Shown: positions 9,966 to 19,509, numbered from the stretch's first letter. The stretch: 64,000 nucleotides of DNA from Gammaproteobacteria bacterium (GCA_965116495.1 OZ220696.1:2368001-2432000), one strand, 5' to 3'. Notes: a model not told the origin generated them from the letters alone. Numbers and translations: made by a program.

Positions 9966-10745
9966 CTAGGCTATCTCCTTATCGAGCAGGGCCTGGCTAG
10001 AATTCACGGCAAGACACGTCCAAGTCCCAACGGCAAGCCCAGCCATACCGTGTTGGAAGAGTTACAAGACCTGCGCACCGCCGCTCTGCTGAACCGTGCC
10101 GGAATCTGGCAATCAACTCAACCCCAGAGCTTGGCTGAAATGCGTAATCGGCTGCGTAAAGACGCAGAGAAACTGAAAGAATTGCGGAACAACTTAGCGC
10201 AAGTACGCACCCCCGATGATCCGCCGCTCAACCTGAATACCGTATCAAACAAGGAACTCCAGTCAATCCCCGGCATCGGCCCGGTGACCGCCAACAAAAT
10301 CACCGCCGCCAGACCTTACCGGTCCGTTGACGACTTGTTGAATATTCCTGGGATTGGGCCGAAGACCTTAGGGGAGATAACCCCTTACGTTACGATAAAG
10401 GCGGAATAATCAAACAGTTGAATACCTGTCAGCTGATCGTAAAAAGCTATCTGCTTGCATTCCGTTGGTCTTCAGGTATTAATGACTCGTTTGAGAACAA
10501 ACACACTGAATACGGTGACAAAAGACTGGAACAATACCCCTGGTTAAGACCGCGGTGATTTGAATCGCAGTTGAAAAACTCGGAACAGGAGATTATCCTT
10601 TTGCTCTGTAACCAATTTTTGACAGAATTGCATAAAGGCCGACCGGAGCAAAGCAGGGGACGCACAAACGGCTCCGCCAGAATAAGAACGACAACCGGAT
10701 TGCCATGAAAAAATATTTGCTTCACCCCCCCCGAGTGAAAATTCA

Positions 10746-12245
10746 ATGAATTGGCTACGGCGCTTGTTTGGTAAAAAAGAGCCCGAGAAAACAGAGGTAT
10801 TGGAAGCATTTCCAGCTATAGACAAAGCGCAGGTCCGCAATACAGCCCGTCTGGTCGAGCAAGCGGAGACTGACGGGGCAAATGAACACCCGGCATCCAC
10901 ATCAAACGACGAAAGCCTGACGGAACAGACGATTCGCAAAAAGTGTGAGGAACGCCAGCGCGAATATATAAAAAACTATGAAAACCGTCAGCAGAGGAAC
11001 TTATCCAGGCTGTACAACATTCATGAGGCCTGGAGCGTTGATACAGTCCAAAACAAGCTAAAGGAAATGATAAATGATGTTATCGCCGCAGGAAAAGCTG
11101 CTTTCGGACCGATTAATACAAGCGCCAATGACTTGAAATCTCTTGCTGAAGACCTGCGCCACTTCAGGCATGAACACGGATTATTGAACCGAGCGCCAGT
11201 GTATAAGGATGTATGGCATTACAGAATTTTTCTTCTGATTGCGTTTCTGATTGAACTGGTTATCACTGTGTTTCTGTTAAGAGAGAGTGGTGGACTACCA
11301 ATGGTCTTGGTACTGTCTGTCATATATTGCTTCCTTAATTGTTGGGTTCCGATATTGATTGCGAATAAATTTGGCGGGCGGAGTATTAGCTATCGATGGA
11401 CACAACATCCTTATAAAATGCTCATTGGGTGGATAGTTACAATTCTTACAATAATATTCCTTGGCGGCGGGCTAAACTTGTTAATGGGCCACTATCGCTC
11501 TGCAGCGTTAGAGTTGACTACGATAGACTACCAGCAATACGACCTCGAATCCTTGACAGAACTCACTAAGCAGATAGCCACTATCGGTGTCACAGCTTTG
11601 GATAATTTTAGGGGATCACCTTTCGGGATCAATGATGTATGGTCTTGGCTACTAGCTATCGCGGGATATTTCATTTTTCTCCTCGGCTTTCGGGAAGGTT
11701 TTGTAAAAGATGATCGCTACCCGGATTATGGAGAAAAGGCGCGGCGTTATAAAGCACAGCGAGAAAAATATGACGAGGAAATCTCTGAGCTAATTGAGAA
11801 ATTCAAAAAACAACAAAAGTATGGAGTAGACGATATAGAAAATGAAAAACGCAAACTCAGAGATAATTTTGCCCGTGACCCTGAACTCCGCTCCAATATT
11901 CAGGCGTTCCAAGGACAATGTGAACGCGCATGCCAATCCCTTAACAATGATTATCAGGAATTAATAAACCAATATCGGCAGATCAATATGGAAATCAGGA
12001 AAACCTCAGCCCCGATTTATTTCCAACGTGAGCCGCAGTTATCACCAATGAAGATACCTGAATTTGAAATCCCATCTGAAGATACAGCAGACCGAAAGAA
12101 CCTTCTGATTAAGCAGCTAAGCGAGTCCACAAGTATATTGCATAGAAAGTTTGAAGAGTTGATTAACAAAACTAAACCTGCACAAGAAGTTATAAAACTC
12201 GATCCCTTGGGGATCAGAATAACGAATAATCTTTATGAAGAATAA
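10746..12245 (+). CDS. Uncharacterised 4-TM protein with N- and C-terminal helical/coiled-coil regions (operon gene 1)
   Basis: 499-aa ORF with four hydrophobic segments; motifs NLLMGHYR and DDRYPDYG; overlaps the next gene. Confidence 0.8.
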   Translation: MNWLRRLFGKKEPEKTEVLEAFPAIDKAQVRNTARLVEQAETDGANEHPASTSNDESLTEQTIRKKCEERQREYIKNYENRQQRNLSRLYNIHEAWSVDTVQNKLKEMINDVIAAGKAAFGPINTSANDLKSLAEDLRHFRHEHGLLNRAPVYKDVWHYRIFLLIAFLIELVITVFLLRESGGLPMVLVLSVIYCFLNCWVPILIANKFGGRSISYRWTQHPYKMLIGWIVTILTIIFLGGGLNLLMGHYRSAALELTTIDYQQYDLESLTELTKQIATIGVTALDNFRGSPFGINDVWSWLLAIAGYFIFLLGFREGFVKDDRYPDYGEKARRYKAQREKYDEEISELIEKFKKQQKYGVDDIENEKRKLRDNFARDPELRSNIQAFQGQCERACQSLNNDYQELINQYRQINMEIRKTSAPIYFQREPQLSPMKIPEFEIPSEDTADRKNLLIKQLSESTSILHRKFEELINKTKPAQEVIKLDPLGIRITNNLYEE

Positions 12246-12981
12246 AACGTCCTTTGCCAAGATCGCATTTATAGTCCTTTTAATTGTTGTAATTGCTGGA
12301 ATAATAGCATTTTTCCTCATCGAAACGCCAAAACTTCATGGCAAAACAGGTTGTCCGAGAGAAAAGGGACATACTGCCGTTACCCTGTCCATAGTGCTTG
12401 ATGCCACGGAAAATTATGGTGAGACACAGCAACGTTCTATCGTTAACACAGTATGGGACAGTGTCGAGGCACTGGAAGTCTACGACCGTATTAAGATCTA
12501 CACAGTGGAATCAACTGCTCAACCTCCCATATTTCATTTGTGTAAACCAGGAAAGGAACTTCAGGATTCACCCGCACACAGACTTTTGAAAGACGTAAGG
12601 TTCAAAAAATATCTGAACGATGCCTTGGAAAAATTACAAGGAACGAGCGATGAATCTCCAATCATTGCATCTCTGGGCTGGGTCGCTGCTGACCGCGAAC
12701 GGGACGGCTCATCCCAGCACATTTTGTTGGTATCAGACCTGATCGAAAATTTCGATGGTTTCTCGCAATACAGTCCAAGCTGGCCAGCGGTTTACAAAGC
12801 TAACCGTAAACGAATCCACGATCAGTGCCCGATGCTAAATGGCGTCCAAATCAATATCCTTTGGCCTACGCGCCCGGACCAATCCACCCAGGACAACACA
12901 CTGGTTTCTTGGTGGGATGAATATCTGGGGGCCTGCGGCGGTTACGTAAACTCCATTAACAAGATAACCGGCGTAAACTAA
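12235..12981 (+). CDS. Membrane-anchored VWA-like protein (operon gene 2)
   Basis: N-terminal TM; LSIVLDATE, SPII and ILLVSDLIEN resemble VWA MIDAS strands; four Cys. Confidence 0.65.
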   Translation: MKNKTSFAKIAFIVLLIVVIAGIIAFFLIETPKLHGKTGCPREKGHTAVTLSIVLDATENYGETQQRSIVNTVWDSVEALEVYDRIKIYTVESTAQPPIFHLCKPGKELQDSPAHRLLKDVRFKKYLNDALEKLQGTSDESPIIASLGWVAADRERDGSSQHILLVSDLIENFDGFSQYSPSWPAVYKANRKRIHDQCPMLNGVQINILWPTRPDQSTQDNTLVSWWDEYLGACGGYVNSINKITGVN

Positions 12982-12982
12982 A

Positions 12983-14545
12983 TTGTTGAGCAACAAACAG
13001 TTATTCTTCTGGTTCGTTGTTAGCGGTATTGCCCTGTTGCTAGTTCTGCGCCTCGGTTTCGACTCTCCGACATGGCTTACGGTCTTAGTTCTATGCGCTC
13101 TCATCCTCGCTTACACAGGAGCTGCTTGGGCTTACGAACACTTCCAGGACGAACGGGCGGCTGACAACCTTTACTATATGGGTTTCATCTTCACTGTATG
13201 CACGCTCGGAGTATCCCTTATTCGATTTTCCACGCAAGAGAATGTTCTGAACCACATCGTCAGCGACCTTGGTATCGGCCTCTCTACAACGGTGTTGGGT
13301 TTGTTCTTACGAGTGCTGTTTCTTGGACGGGAATCATCAGAACAGATTGAGCATAGAGTACGCGAAGAACTGGTTGACGTGGCTGAGGCCACTATCGCCA
13401 GGATTCGTGTAACGGCGGATATTGTTGAAGAAGGACAAATCGCTACGCGGCAAGCTCTCGAAGAAATGAACACCAGCGTAAAAGCAGCTTCAAATAAACT
13501 GGTGGCGAATACGAATCTATTGGAGAAACGGGTATCGGATATGATCAATATACCGCCTGACCTGCTCAGTTCCCAACTGTCTCCGGCCCTGGATACTGCT
13601 TCTCAGTCAATCACCAGATTTACAAACCAGATAGAAAACATTGAAATCCCGGATGACCTGATTACTTCCCGCACCAACCAGATATTTGCGCGCCTTACCG
13701 AAACAATTGAAGAAGGACAAATCGCTACGCGGCAAGCCATCGACGGAATGAACACCAGCATAAAGGTAGCTACCACTAAATTGGTAGCGAACACAAACCG
13801 CCTGGATGAACGAATATCAGCAGCCATCAACATCCCCCCGGACATGGTCAGTTCCCGGCTCTCGCCAGCCTTGGATAGCGCTTCTCAGTCAATCACCAGA
13901 TTCACAAACCAGATGGAAAACATTGAAATCCCGGATGACCTTATTATTTCTCGCACTAACCAAGCATTTGCGCGCCTTGCGGAATCCATAGGTAAGCTTA
14001 CGGATCAAATATCCGTTGATGTTCACAAGCACATGTCCGGTGTCTTTGACACTGACCAAGCACAAAACCTGATCCAGCAGATAGAAAAATCCCTGATCGA
14101 GCGTTTTCAAACAATCGAAATACCGGCAGAACTCTTGACACAACGAATTGAGCCCGCGTTAGATCAGGTTAACTCAAGTACACGAGTATTCGTTAACCGC
14201 ATGCAAAATCTGTCATCTTCCCTGGAAGACACTCAACAGCAATTGATGAAGTGCAATGGTCATATCGCCACTCTGGATATGGATAATGTCCGTTCTGTTG
14301 TTGATGCGATCGACGCTATTGATTCACTGCTAAAGAATGTACAGGAAACGATTGAAACACAACGCAACCTGTCCTCTGCCCACAATCAGCATCTCTCGGA
14401 TCTATCTAACAGGGCAGAAGCCTTGTCTGCCGTGATCGAAAACAGCTTATCGGGACTAAGCGACTTGAATAACAGTCTTGACGCCCTATGCCAAGACACT
14501 AAGGAGCAAGCGAAGCCCAAGACACGATGGCCTTGGTCGCGATAG
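12983..14545 (+). CDS. MotA/TolQ/ExbB/ZorA-like subunit with long helical tail (operon gene 3)
   Basis: TM motifs MGFIFTV and LGIGLSTTVLGL match the G-x-x-x-T-V and A-L-x-x-T-x-x-G pore helices; followed by about 400 aa without a TM. Confidence 0.7.
   Translation: MLSNKQLFFWFVVSGIALLLVLRLGFDSPTWLTVLVLCALILAYTGAAWAYEHFQDERAADNLYYMGFIFTVCTLGVSLIRFSTQENVLNHIVSDLGIGLSTTVLGLFLRVLFLGRESSEQIEHRVREELVDVAEATIARIRVTADIVEEGQIATRQALEEMNTSVKAASNKLVANTNLLEKRVSDMINIPPDLLSSQLSPALDTASQSITRFTNQIENIEIPDDLITSRTNQIFARLTETIEEGQIATRQAIDGMNTSIKVATTKLVANTNRLDERISAAINIPPDMVSSRLSPALDSASQSITRFTNQMENIEIPDDLIISRTNQAFARLAESIGKLTDQISVDVHKHMSGVFDTDQAQNLIQQIEKSLIERFQTIEIPAELLTQRIEPALDQVNSSTRVFVNRMQNLSSSLEDTQQQLMKCNGHIATLDMDNVRSVVDAIDAIDSLLKNVQETIETQRNLSSAHNQHLSDLSNRAEALSAVIENSLSGLSDLNNSLDALCQDTKEQAKPKTRWPWSR
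13425..13988 (+). repeat. 282-bp (94-codon) in-frame tandem duplication inside gene 3
   Basis: TTGAAGAAGGACAAATCGCTACGCGGCAAGC begins at 13425 and again at 13707. Confidence 0.92.
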
Positions 14546-14585
14546 TAGGTACAGTCCAGGCCCGCATATACCCACCGTAGTCATC

Positions 14586-15710
14586 ATGCCATTTCCGGAT
14601 ACTCTAAGCGCCGGTCGTCGCGGCTTTCTGATGGGGATCATCCTGGCTGAATTAATGCTCATCACACTATTCGTATTACTCCTGTTCCTGAAAAACTACC
14701 AGCAGACAGAACAAGACCTTGAACAGTTTGGTGGACGAAAGCCATTGTCTGAGGCAGCCAAATTGGGACAGTTAATTTCTGAATCCAAAACGCAGCGCGA
14801 ATTAAGTGATATCTGGACCGTATTAACCCGTGAAGTTGAAAAACAGGCAACCAGTCCTGGACAACTTGATAGTTGGCTGAACGATCTTGAAGAAAAAACA
14901 GAAGAAGCAGAACAAGAAAAATACGACAACGAGAGGTTAAGGGAAAAAGTGGAAGAACTAGAGGACAAACTCACTGAAACCGAAACAGGCCTGGAAAAAG
15001 AAAAAGAACGCTCGTCCAAAGCGGAAGATAAGGTATCCGAACTGACCAAGGAATTGGACAAAGCTCGTAAGGATTTGGATCTGCTTAAAGATGACAGTAA
15101 ATTACAGCAAGAACTTGAAAAACTCAGGGAAGAACTGGCCAAATCCGAAACAAACTTGGAGAAAGCAAAAGAGCGCAACGCCGAATTGGAACAATCAGCT
15201 TCTGAGCAGGCTGAAAAGCTGGCTGAATCTGATAACAAAATGAATATCCTGAAGGATGAAATCGCCAAAACAAAAGCAGGAGGATTGGTATTATGCATGT
15301 TCGAACGTCCCGCCAGCAGCGCAGGTAAATTACGCGGTAAATCCGTTCCTCTTGGCACTATGCACTTAGAAGCGGATGGCATTACACTGATACAAAGAAA
15401 CGAGGAGATACGTGGGATGAGTGTCATCGACTATGTAGGCGACGCTTTCGATACAAGCCGGGTATTGGATCTGTTGTATGATTGGCCGCTTCATACAAAA
15501 CTCTCCTTCGAGGAGTTCGGTCTGAGAGCCAAACCATTCGTGAGGTTGGGCAACCAGGAATCGGAAAAAAGGCAGAACTGCCGGTTCAGCATGAACTATT
15601 ACATTGAGGACTTCAAAACGCCATTTAGTGTTTACAACGACCAATTCCAACAATACTTCCTTCCCCAGACCGATATTTCGAGAGCCGAATTTGAACGCCT
15701 TCGAAGATAA
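14586..15710 (+). CDS. MotB/ExbD/ZorB-like single-TM subunit with long coiled coil (operon gene 4)
   Basis: TM IILAELMLITLFVLLLFL with an acidic residue at the MotB Asp position; E/K-rich heptads; C-terminal domain with two Cys; no OmpA motif. Confidence 0.6.
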   Translation: MPFPDTLSAGRRGFLMGIILAELMLITLFVLLLFLKNYQQTEQDLEQFGGRKPLSEAAKLGQLISESKTQRELSDIWTVLTREVEKQATSPGQLDSWLNDLEEKTEEAEQEKYDNERLREKVEELEDKLTETETGLEKEKERSSKAEDKVSELTKELDKARKDLDLLKDDSKLQQELEKLREELAKSETNLEKAKERNAELEQSASEQAEKLAESDNKMNILKDEIAKTKAGGLVLCMFERPASSAGKLRGKSVPLGTMHLEADGITLIQRNEEIRGMSVIDYVGDAFDTSRVLDLLYDWPLHTKLSFEEFGLRAKPFVRLGNQESEKRQNCRFSMNYYIEDFKTPFSVYNDQFQQYFLPQTDISRAEFERLRR

Positions 15711-15838
15711 AAAATAGAGTTTGACGGTGCTACATGCAAATTCAACGACAAATGTCTTGACGGATAATCCCTTATGCATAAAATATGACATCAATTAGTG
15801 TATAATATGATGCTTCCACAATATTGACAGGAGGCTGA

Positions 15839-16039
15839 ATGATGCGAACAACTTTGAAAATTGACGACCAACTGTTGGCAAAGGCCCAGCAGATTACTGG
15901 CGTAACTGGCAAGACAGTGCTGGTTCATGAGGGACTTAAAGCCCTGATTGAACGCGAGAGCGCAATGCGGTTGGCTAAGCTGGGAAGTAGCCAGCCGAAC
16001 CTTCAATCCATACCCCGACAACGCAGCAAAGTTGAATGA
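15839..16039 (+). CDS. vapB: VapB (DUF2191-like) antitoxin
   Basis: MRTTLKIDDQLLAKAQQITG...KTVLVHEGLKALI. Confidence 0.88.
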   Translation: MMRTTLKIDDQLLAKAQQITGVTGKTVLVHEGLKALIERESAMRLAKLGSSQPNLQSIPRQRSKVE

Positions 16040-16389
16040 TACTGGTAGACACGTCGGTCTGGATTAATCACCTGAGATCAGGTAGCCGAGATCTGGAATT
16101 ACTGCTCAATAACAATCAGGTATTGATGCACCCGTTTGTGCTGGGTGAATTAGCCTGTGGTAACCTTGAGCGACGTACCGAGGTGCTGTCCTTGATCGGT
16201 AGTTTGCCTCCAGCCCCGGTTGCTACTGATGACGAGGCTTTGTTTTTCATTGACCAACACAGACTGATGGGGAAAGGTATTGGCTATATAGATGCCCACT
16301 TGCTGGCCTCCGTGTCTCTGGCCAAACCGGCGTCACTGCTGACCCACGACAAACGACTTGGGAGGATAGCCGCTGAACTGGCATTTTGA
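16036..16389 (+). CDS. vapC: VapC PIN-domain toxin
   Basis: MILVDTSVWI, HPFVLGELACG, GIGYIDAHLLAS, THDKRL. Confidence 0.92.
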   Translation: MILVDTSVWINHLRSGSRDLELLLNNNQVLMHPFVLGELACGNLERRTEVLSLIGSLPPAPVATDDEALFFIDQHRLMGKGIGYIDAHLLASVSLAKPASLLTHDKRLGRIAAELAF

Positions 16390-16397
16390 AAATCATT

Positions 16398-17381
16398 ATG
16401 AAACACATAGAAATTGCGGAATTCGGCGACCCTGACGTGTTACAGATCACGGAAGGGGAAGCGCCCTCCCCGGACGAAAACCAGGTATTGATCAAGGTTG
16501 CCGCGGCCGGCATTAATCGTCCGGACGTGATGCAGCGGCAGGGCAAATATCCACCGCCTCCCGGCGCGTCCGCTATCCCCGGGCTTGAAATAGCAGGCGA
16601 GGTGATCGAAGCCGGCGCTGATGCCGGCTGGCCGCGTCCGGGCGACCAGGTCTGCGCATTGGTCCCCGGTGGAGGTTATGCTGAATATGCCGTCGCCGAT
16701 GCTCCAATCTGCCTGCCGGTCCCCGCCGGGTTGACGGTTGTTGAAGCCGCCGCCTTGCCCGAAACCTTCTTTACCGTGTGGAGTAACCTGTTCGACCGGG
16801 CCGGGCTGAAGCAGGGAGAGACGGTACTGGTACACGGCGGCAGCAGCGGTATCGGCACAACCGCCATCCAGTTGGCAAAAGCGTTCGGAGCGACCGTGTT
16901 CACCACGGCCGGTAACGAAGAAAAGTGCTGGGTTTGCCGGGAACTGGGCGCTGACCTCGCTATCAATTACAACGAGGAAGACTTTGTCGAGACATGCATG
17001 AACGCGACCGGCGGCAAGGGCGTGGATGTCATACTGGATATGGTAGCCGGTGACTATACCAACCGGAATATTGCCGTTGCAGCCGTGGAAGCCAGGTATG
17101 TCTTTATTGCGGGCCTCAGGGGCTTTTCAGCGGAGGTGTCCATCCGCTCCATCATGTTAAAACGCCTGGTCCTGACCGGGTCCACGCTGCGGCCGAGACC
17201 GGTCGGGTTCAAGGCCGCAATCGCAGCCGGGTTGAGGGAGCAGGTCTGGCCACTGCTGGAATCCGGCCGGGTTAAACCGGTCATTCACACGGTGCTGCCG
17301 TTGAGCAAGGCCAATGAAGGCCACAGGTTGATGGAATCAAGCCGGCACATCGGAAAAATCATGCTGGAAGTGCCTGGATAA
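16398..17381 (+). CDS. NAD(P)H-quinone oxidoreductase, PIG3 family (MDR)
   Basis: AAGINRPDVMQRQGKYPPPPGAS, PETFFTVW, HGGSSGIGT. Confidence 0.93.
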   Translation: MKHIEIAEFGDPDVLQITEGEAPSPDENQVLIKVAAAGINRPDVMQRQGKYPPPPGASAIPGLEIAGEVIEAGADAGWPRPGDQVCALVPGGGYAEYAVADAPICLPVPAGLTVVEAAALPETFFTVWSNLFDRAGLKQGETVLVHGGSSGIGTTAIQLAKAFGATVFTTAGNEEKCWVCRELGADLAINYNEEDFVETCMNATGGKGVDVILDMVAGDYTNRNIAVAAVEARYVFIAGLRGFSAEVSIRSIMLKRLVLTGSTLRPRPVGFKAAIAAGLREQVWPLLESGRVKPVIHTVLPLSKANEGHRLMESSRHIGKIMLEVPG

Positions 17382-17481
17382 ACAAAAATATTAAATTAAT
17401 CGTTCAAGGAACGCGCCGACTTCTCTATAATACGCCCCTACCCAAAGCCGAATACAAAATAACACGTCTGGAGTTCAGGAA

Positions 17482-17802
17482 ATGCCGAAAGTTACCTATA
17501 TCGCATTCGATGGTGAAGAAACGATAGTAGACGCCAAAGAAGGTATGAGCGTTATGCAATCCGCCGTTAATAACGGGGTGGATGGTATCGTTGCCGAATG
17601 CGGCGGCGCGTGCAGTTGCGCCACCTGTCATGTATATGTTGATGAGGGATGGCTCGACAAGCTGCCTGAAGCGCACTCAATGGAGAAGGAAATGCTGGAC
17701 TTTGTCATGAGTCCGGAACCGACCAGCCGGCTGAGTTGCCAGATCAAGGTGACCGCAGAACTGGACGGCTTGGTTGTGAATACGCCGGAATCGCAGTATT
17801 GA
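17482..17802 (+). CDS. 2Fe-2S ferredoxin (putidaredoxin/adrenodoxin type)
   Basis: [14 protein letters not shown]...SRLSCQ. Confidence 0.95.
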   Translation: MPKVTYIAFDGEETIVDAKEGMSVMQSAVNNGVDGIVAECGGACSCATCHVYVDEGWLDKLPEAHSMEKEMLDFVMSPEPTSRLSCQIKVTAELDGLVVNTPESQY

Positions 17803-17970
17803 TATTGGGATATTCGGGATCAGGGTAAAATCGCCGTTATCGTAGCCGATGGCAAAGTGCAAGGCGATTGACAGCAGCGGCGCTGTTGCTATAGTTTGAT
17901 GTGACGCAATCAGGAATTGACGGCGTCACTTACACACAGGGCCAAACGGGACAATAAAGGAGCCGAAAAT

Positions 17971-18258
17971 ATGGAAACAGCAACTTTTGATACTCACCAG
18001 GCTGTTAAAGCCATAGCCAGGTCGGGACTGAAAGACACCCAAGCCGAGGCGATAGTAACCACGATAAACAACGCCATGAACCAGAGTCTCGCAACAAAGT
18101 CGGATATCCTGGCAGTAAAAGTCGATATGGAGGCGCTGAGAGCCGATATGGAGGCGTTCAAAGGCGAGATGAAAGGCGAGATGCTGGTGTTGAAATGGAT
18201 GGTTGGATTGATTATCGTCGTTGAGGCGCTGCCCTTCCTGAAATCTCTTTTTGCATAA
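17971..18258 (+). CDS. DUF1640/CCDC90-like protein, paralogue of 2030-2260
   Basis: FDTHQAVK...QAEAIVTTINNAMNQSLATKSDI...LKWMVG; SD AAGGAG. Confidence 0.8.
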   Translation: METATFDTHQAVKAIARSGLKDTQAEAIVTTINNAMNQSLATKSDILAVKVDMEALRADMEAFKGEMKGEMLVLKWMVGLIIVVEALPFLKSLFA

Positions 18259-18303
18259 TCCGTGATAGTTGGGGTTCAGCCGGAAACGCATAGACCCGGG
18301 TTG

Positions 18304-19509
18304 TTATACTCTTTCAATAACGATCGCGATTCCCTGGCCGATGCCGATGCACATGGTAATGAGCGCATAACGGCCTTCGATATGCTCCAGTTGCCGTAAC
18401 GCGGTGAGGATCAGCCGCCCCCCGGACGCCCCCAGCGGATGGCCGATACTGATGGCGCCGCCGTTCGGGTTCACCCGTTCGTCCTGAAAGTCAAGCTGCA
18501 GTTGCTTCAGGCAACCCAGTACCTGGGTGGCAAAGGCCTCGTTGACCTCAATGACGTTCATGTCGGCAATGGACAGTCCCGCACGCTGTAGGGCTTTCTG
18601 TGACGCAGGCACGGGACCGATTCCCATCACCCGCGGTTCGACGCCGGCGATGGCCCCGGAGAGAATACGCGCACGCGGGGTCAGACCCAGCTTCCTGCCG
18701 ATGTCCTCGTTCCCCAGCAACAGGGCAACCGCACCGTCATTGATGCCGGAGGCATTGCCGGCAGTGACGACGCCGTCTTCAAACAAGGCGGGCAGTGTTG
18801 ATAGTTTATCCAGCGTGGTGCCGGGCCGGGGGTGTTCATCGGCCGTCACCTTGACGGGCGGGTCCTTACGCCGTTTCGCCGGGACTTCTATTTCCATAAG
18901 TTCCCCGGCGTAAAAACCGGCATTCTTTGCTCCCTCGTATTTCTGTTGCGAGGCAAAGGCGAAGGCATCGCTGTCTTCACGGCTGATATTGAAGTCCCTG
19001 GCCAGGTTGTCCGCGGTCTGCGGCATGGCATCGTCCCCGTATTGCTTGAGCAGCTGCTTATTGGGAAAGCGCCAGCCAAGCAGGGAGTCGTACATCTGCT
19101 GGTTGCGGTCAAAACTGGTCTCCGCCTTGCCCAGTACCCAGGGTGAGCGGCTCATGCTCTCCACGCCGCCGGAGATGAACAACTGCCCCTGTCCGCAACT
19201 GATGGCGCGGGACGCGTCCAGGGTCGCCGCCGCCCCGCTGCCGCACAGGCGGTTGACGGTCACGCCACCGACCGAGGTGTGCATGCCGGCCAGCAGCGCG
19301 GCATTGCGCGCCACGTTGCGGCTGTCTTCACCCGCCTGGTTGGTATTGCCGAAGACCACGTCCTCCACCAGGCTGCTCTCAATGCCGTTCCTGTCCAGCA
19401 AGGCCCTGATGACGGCTGCCGCCAGGTCGTCCGGCCGTTTCACCGACAGGCCGCCGCCGAAACGGCCGAATGGCGAGCGGATACCATCGTAAATTACTGA
19501 ACCATTCAT
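18304..19509 (-). CDS. Acetyl-CoA C-acyltransferase (PcaF/PaaJ-like thiolase)
   Basis: VNRLCGSG, NEAFA, GHPLGASG, CIGIGQG. Confidence 0.93.
   Translation of the reverse strand: MNGSVIYDGIRSPFGRFGGGLSVKRPDDLAAAVIRALLDRNGIESSLVEDVVFGNTNQAGEDSRNVARNAALLAGMHTSVGGVTVNRLCGSGAAATLDASRAISCGQGQLFISGGVESMSRSPWVLGKAETSFDRNQQMYDSLLGWRFPNKQLLKQYGDDAMPQTADNLARDFNISREDSDAFAFASQQKYEGAKNAGFYAGELMEIEVPAKRRKDPPVKVTADEHPRPGTTLDKLSTLPALFEDGVVTAGNASGINDGAVALLLGNEDIGRKLGLTPRARILSGAIAGVEPRVMGIGPVPASQKALQRAGLSIADMNVIEVNEAFATQVLGCLKQLQLDFQDERVNPNGGAISIGHPLGASGGRLILTALRQLEHIEGRYALITMCIGIGQGIAIVIERV

Larger units (their letters stand above)
6591..10409 (+). pseudogene. Exported thermonuclease (SNase)-ComEA helix-hairpin-helix fusion, interrupted by two IS
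   Basis: Joining 6591-6756, 8097-8348 and 9970-10409 (IS plus one TSD copy removed each time) gives an open 858-nt frame (285 aa): signal peptide, NDGDSF, LRIYYVDCP, LIEQGLAR, GIW, then LNLNT...LQSIPGIGP...LLNIPGIGPK. Confidence 0.88.

Noticed and set aside
10746-15710. Calling the operon canonical Zorya, motAB or exbBD
   Set aside because: No OmpA domain, no recognisable ZorC/D/E, no TonB or flagellar context; reported as Zorya-like only
17482-17802. Ferredoxin as partner of the XylM-like monooxygenase
   Set aside because: It is 16 kb away and a generic putidaredoxin-type protein; no evidence of linkage
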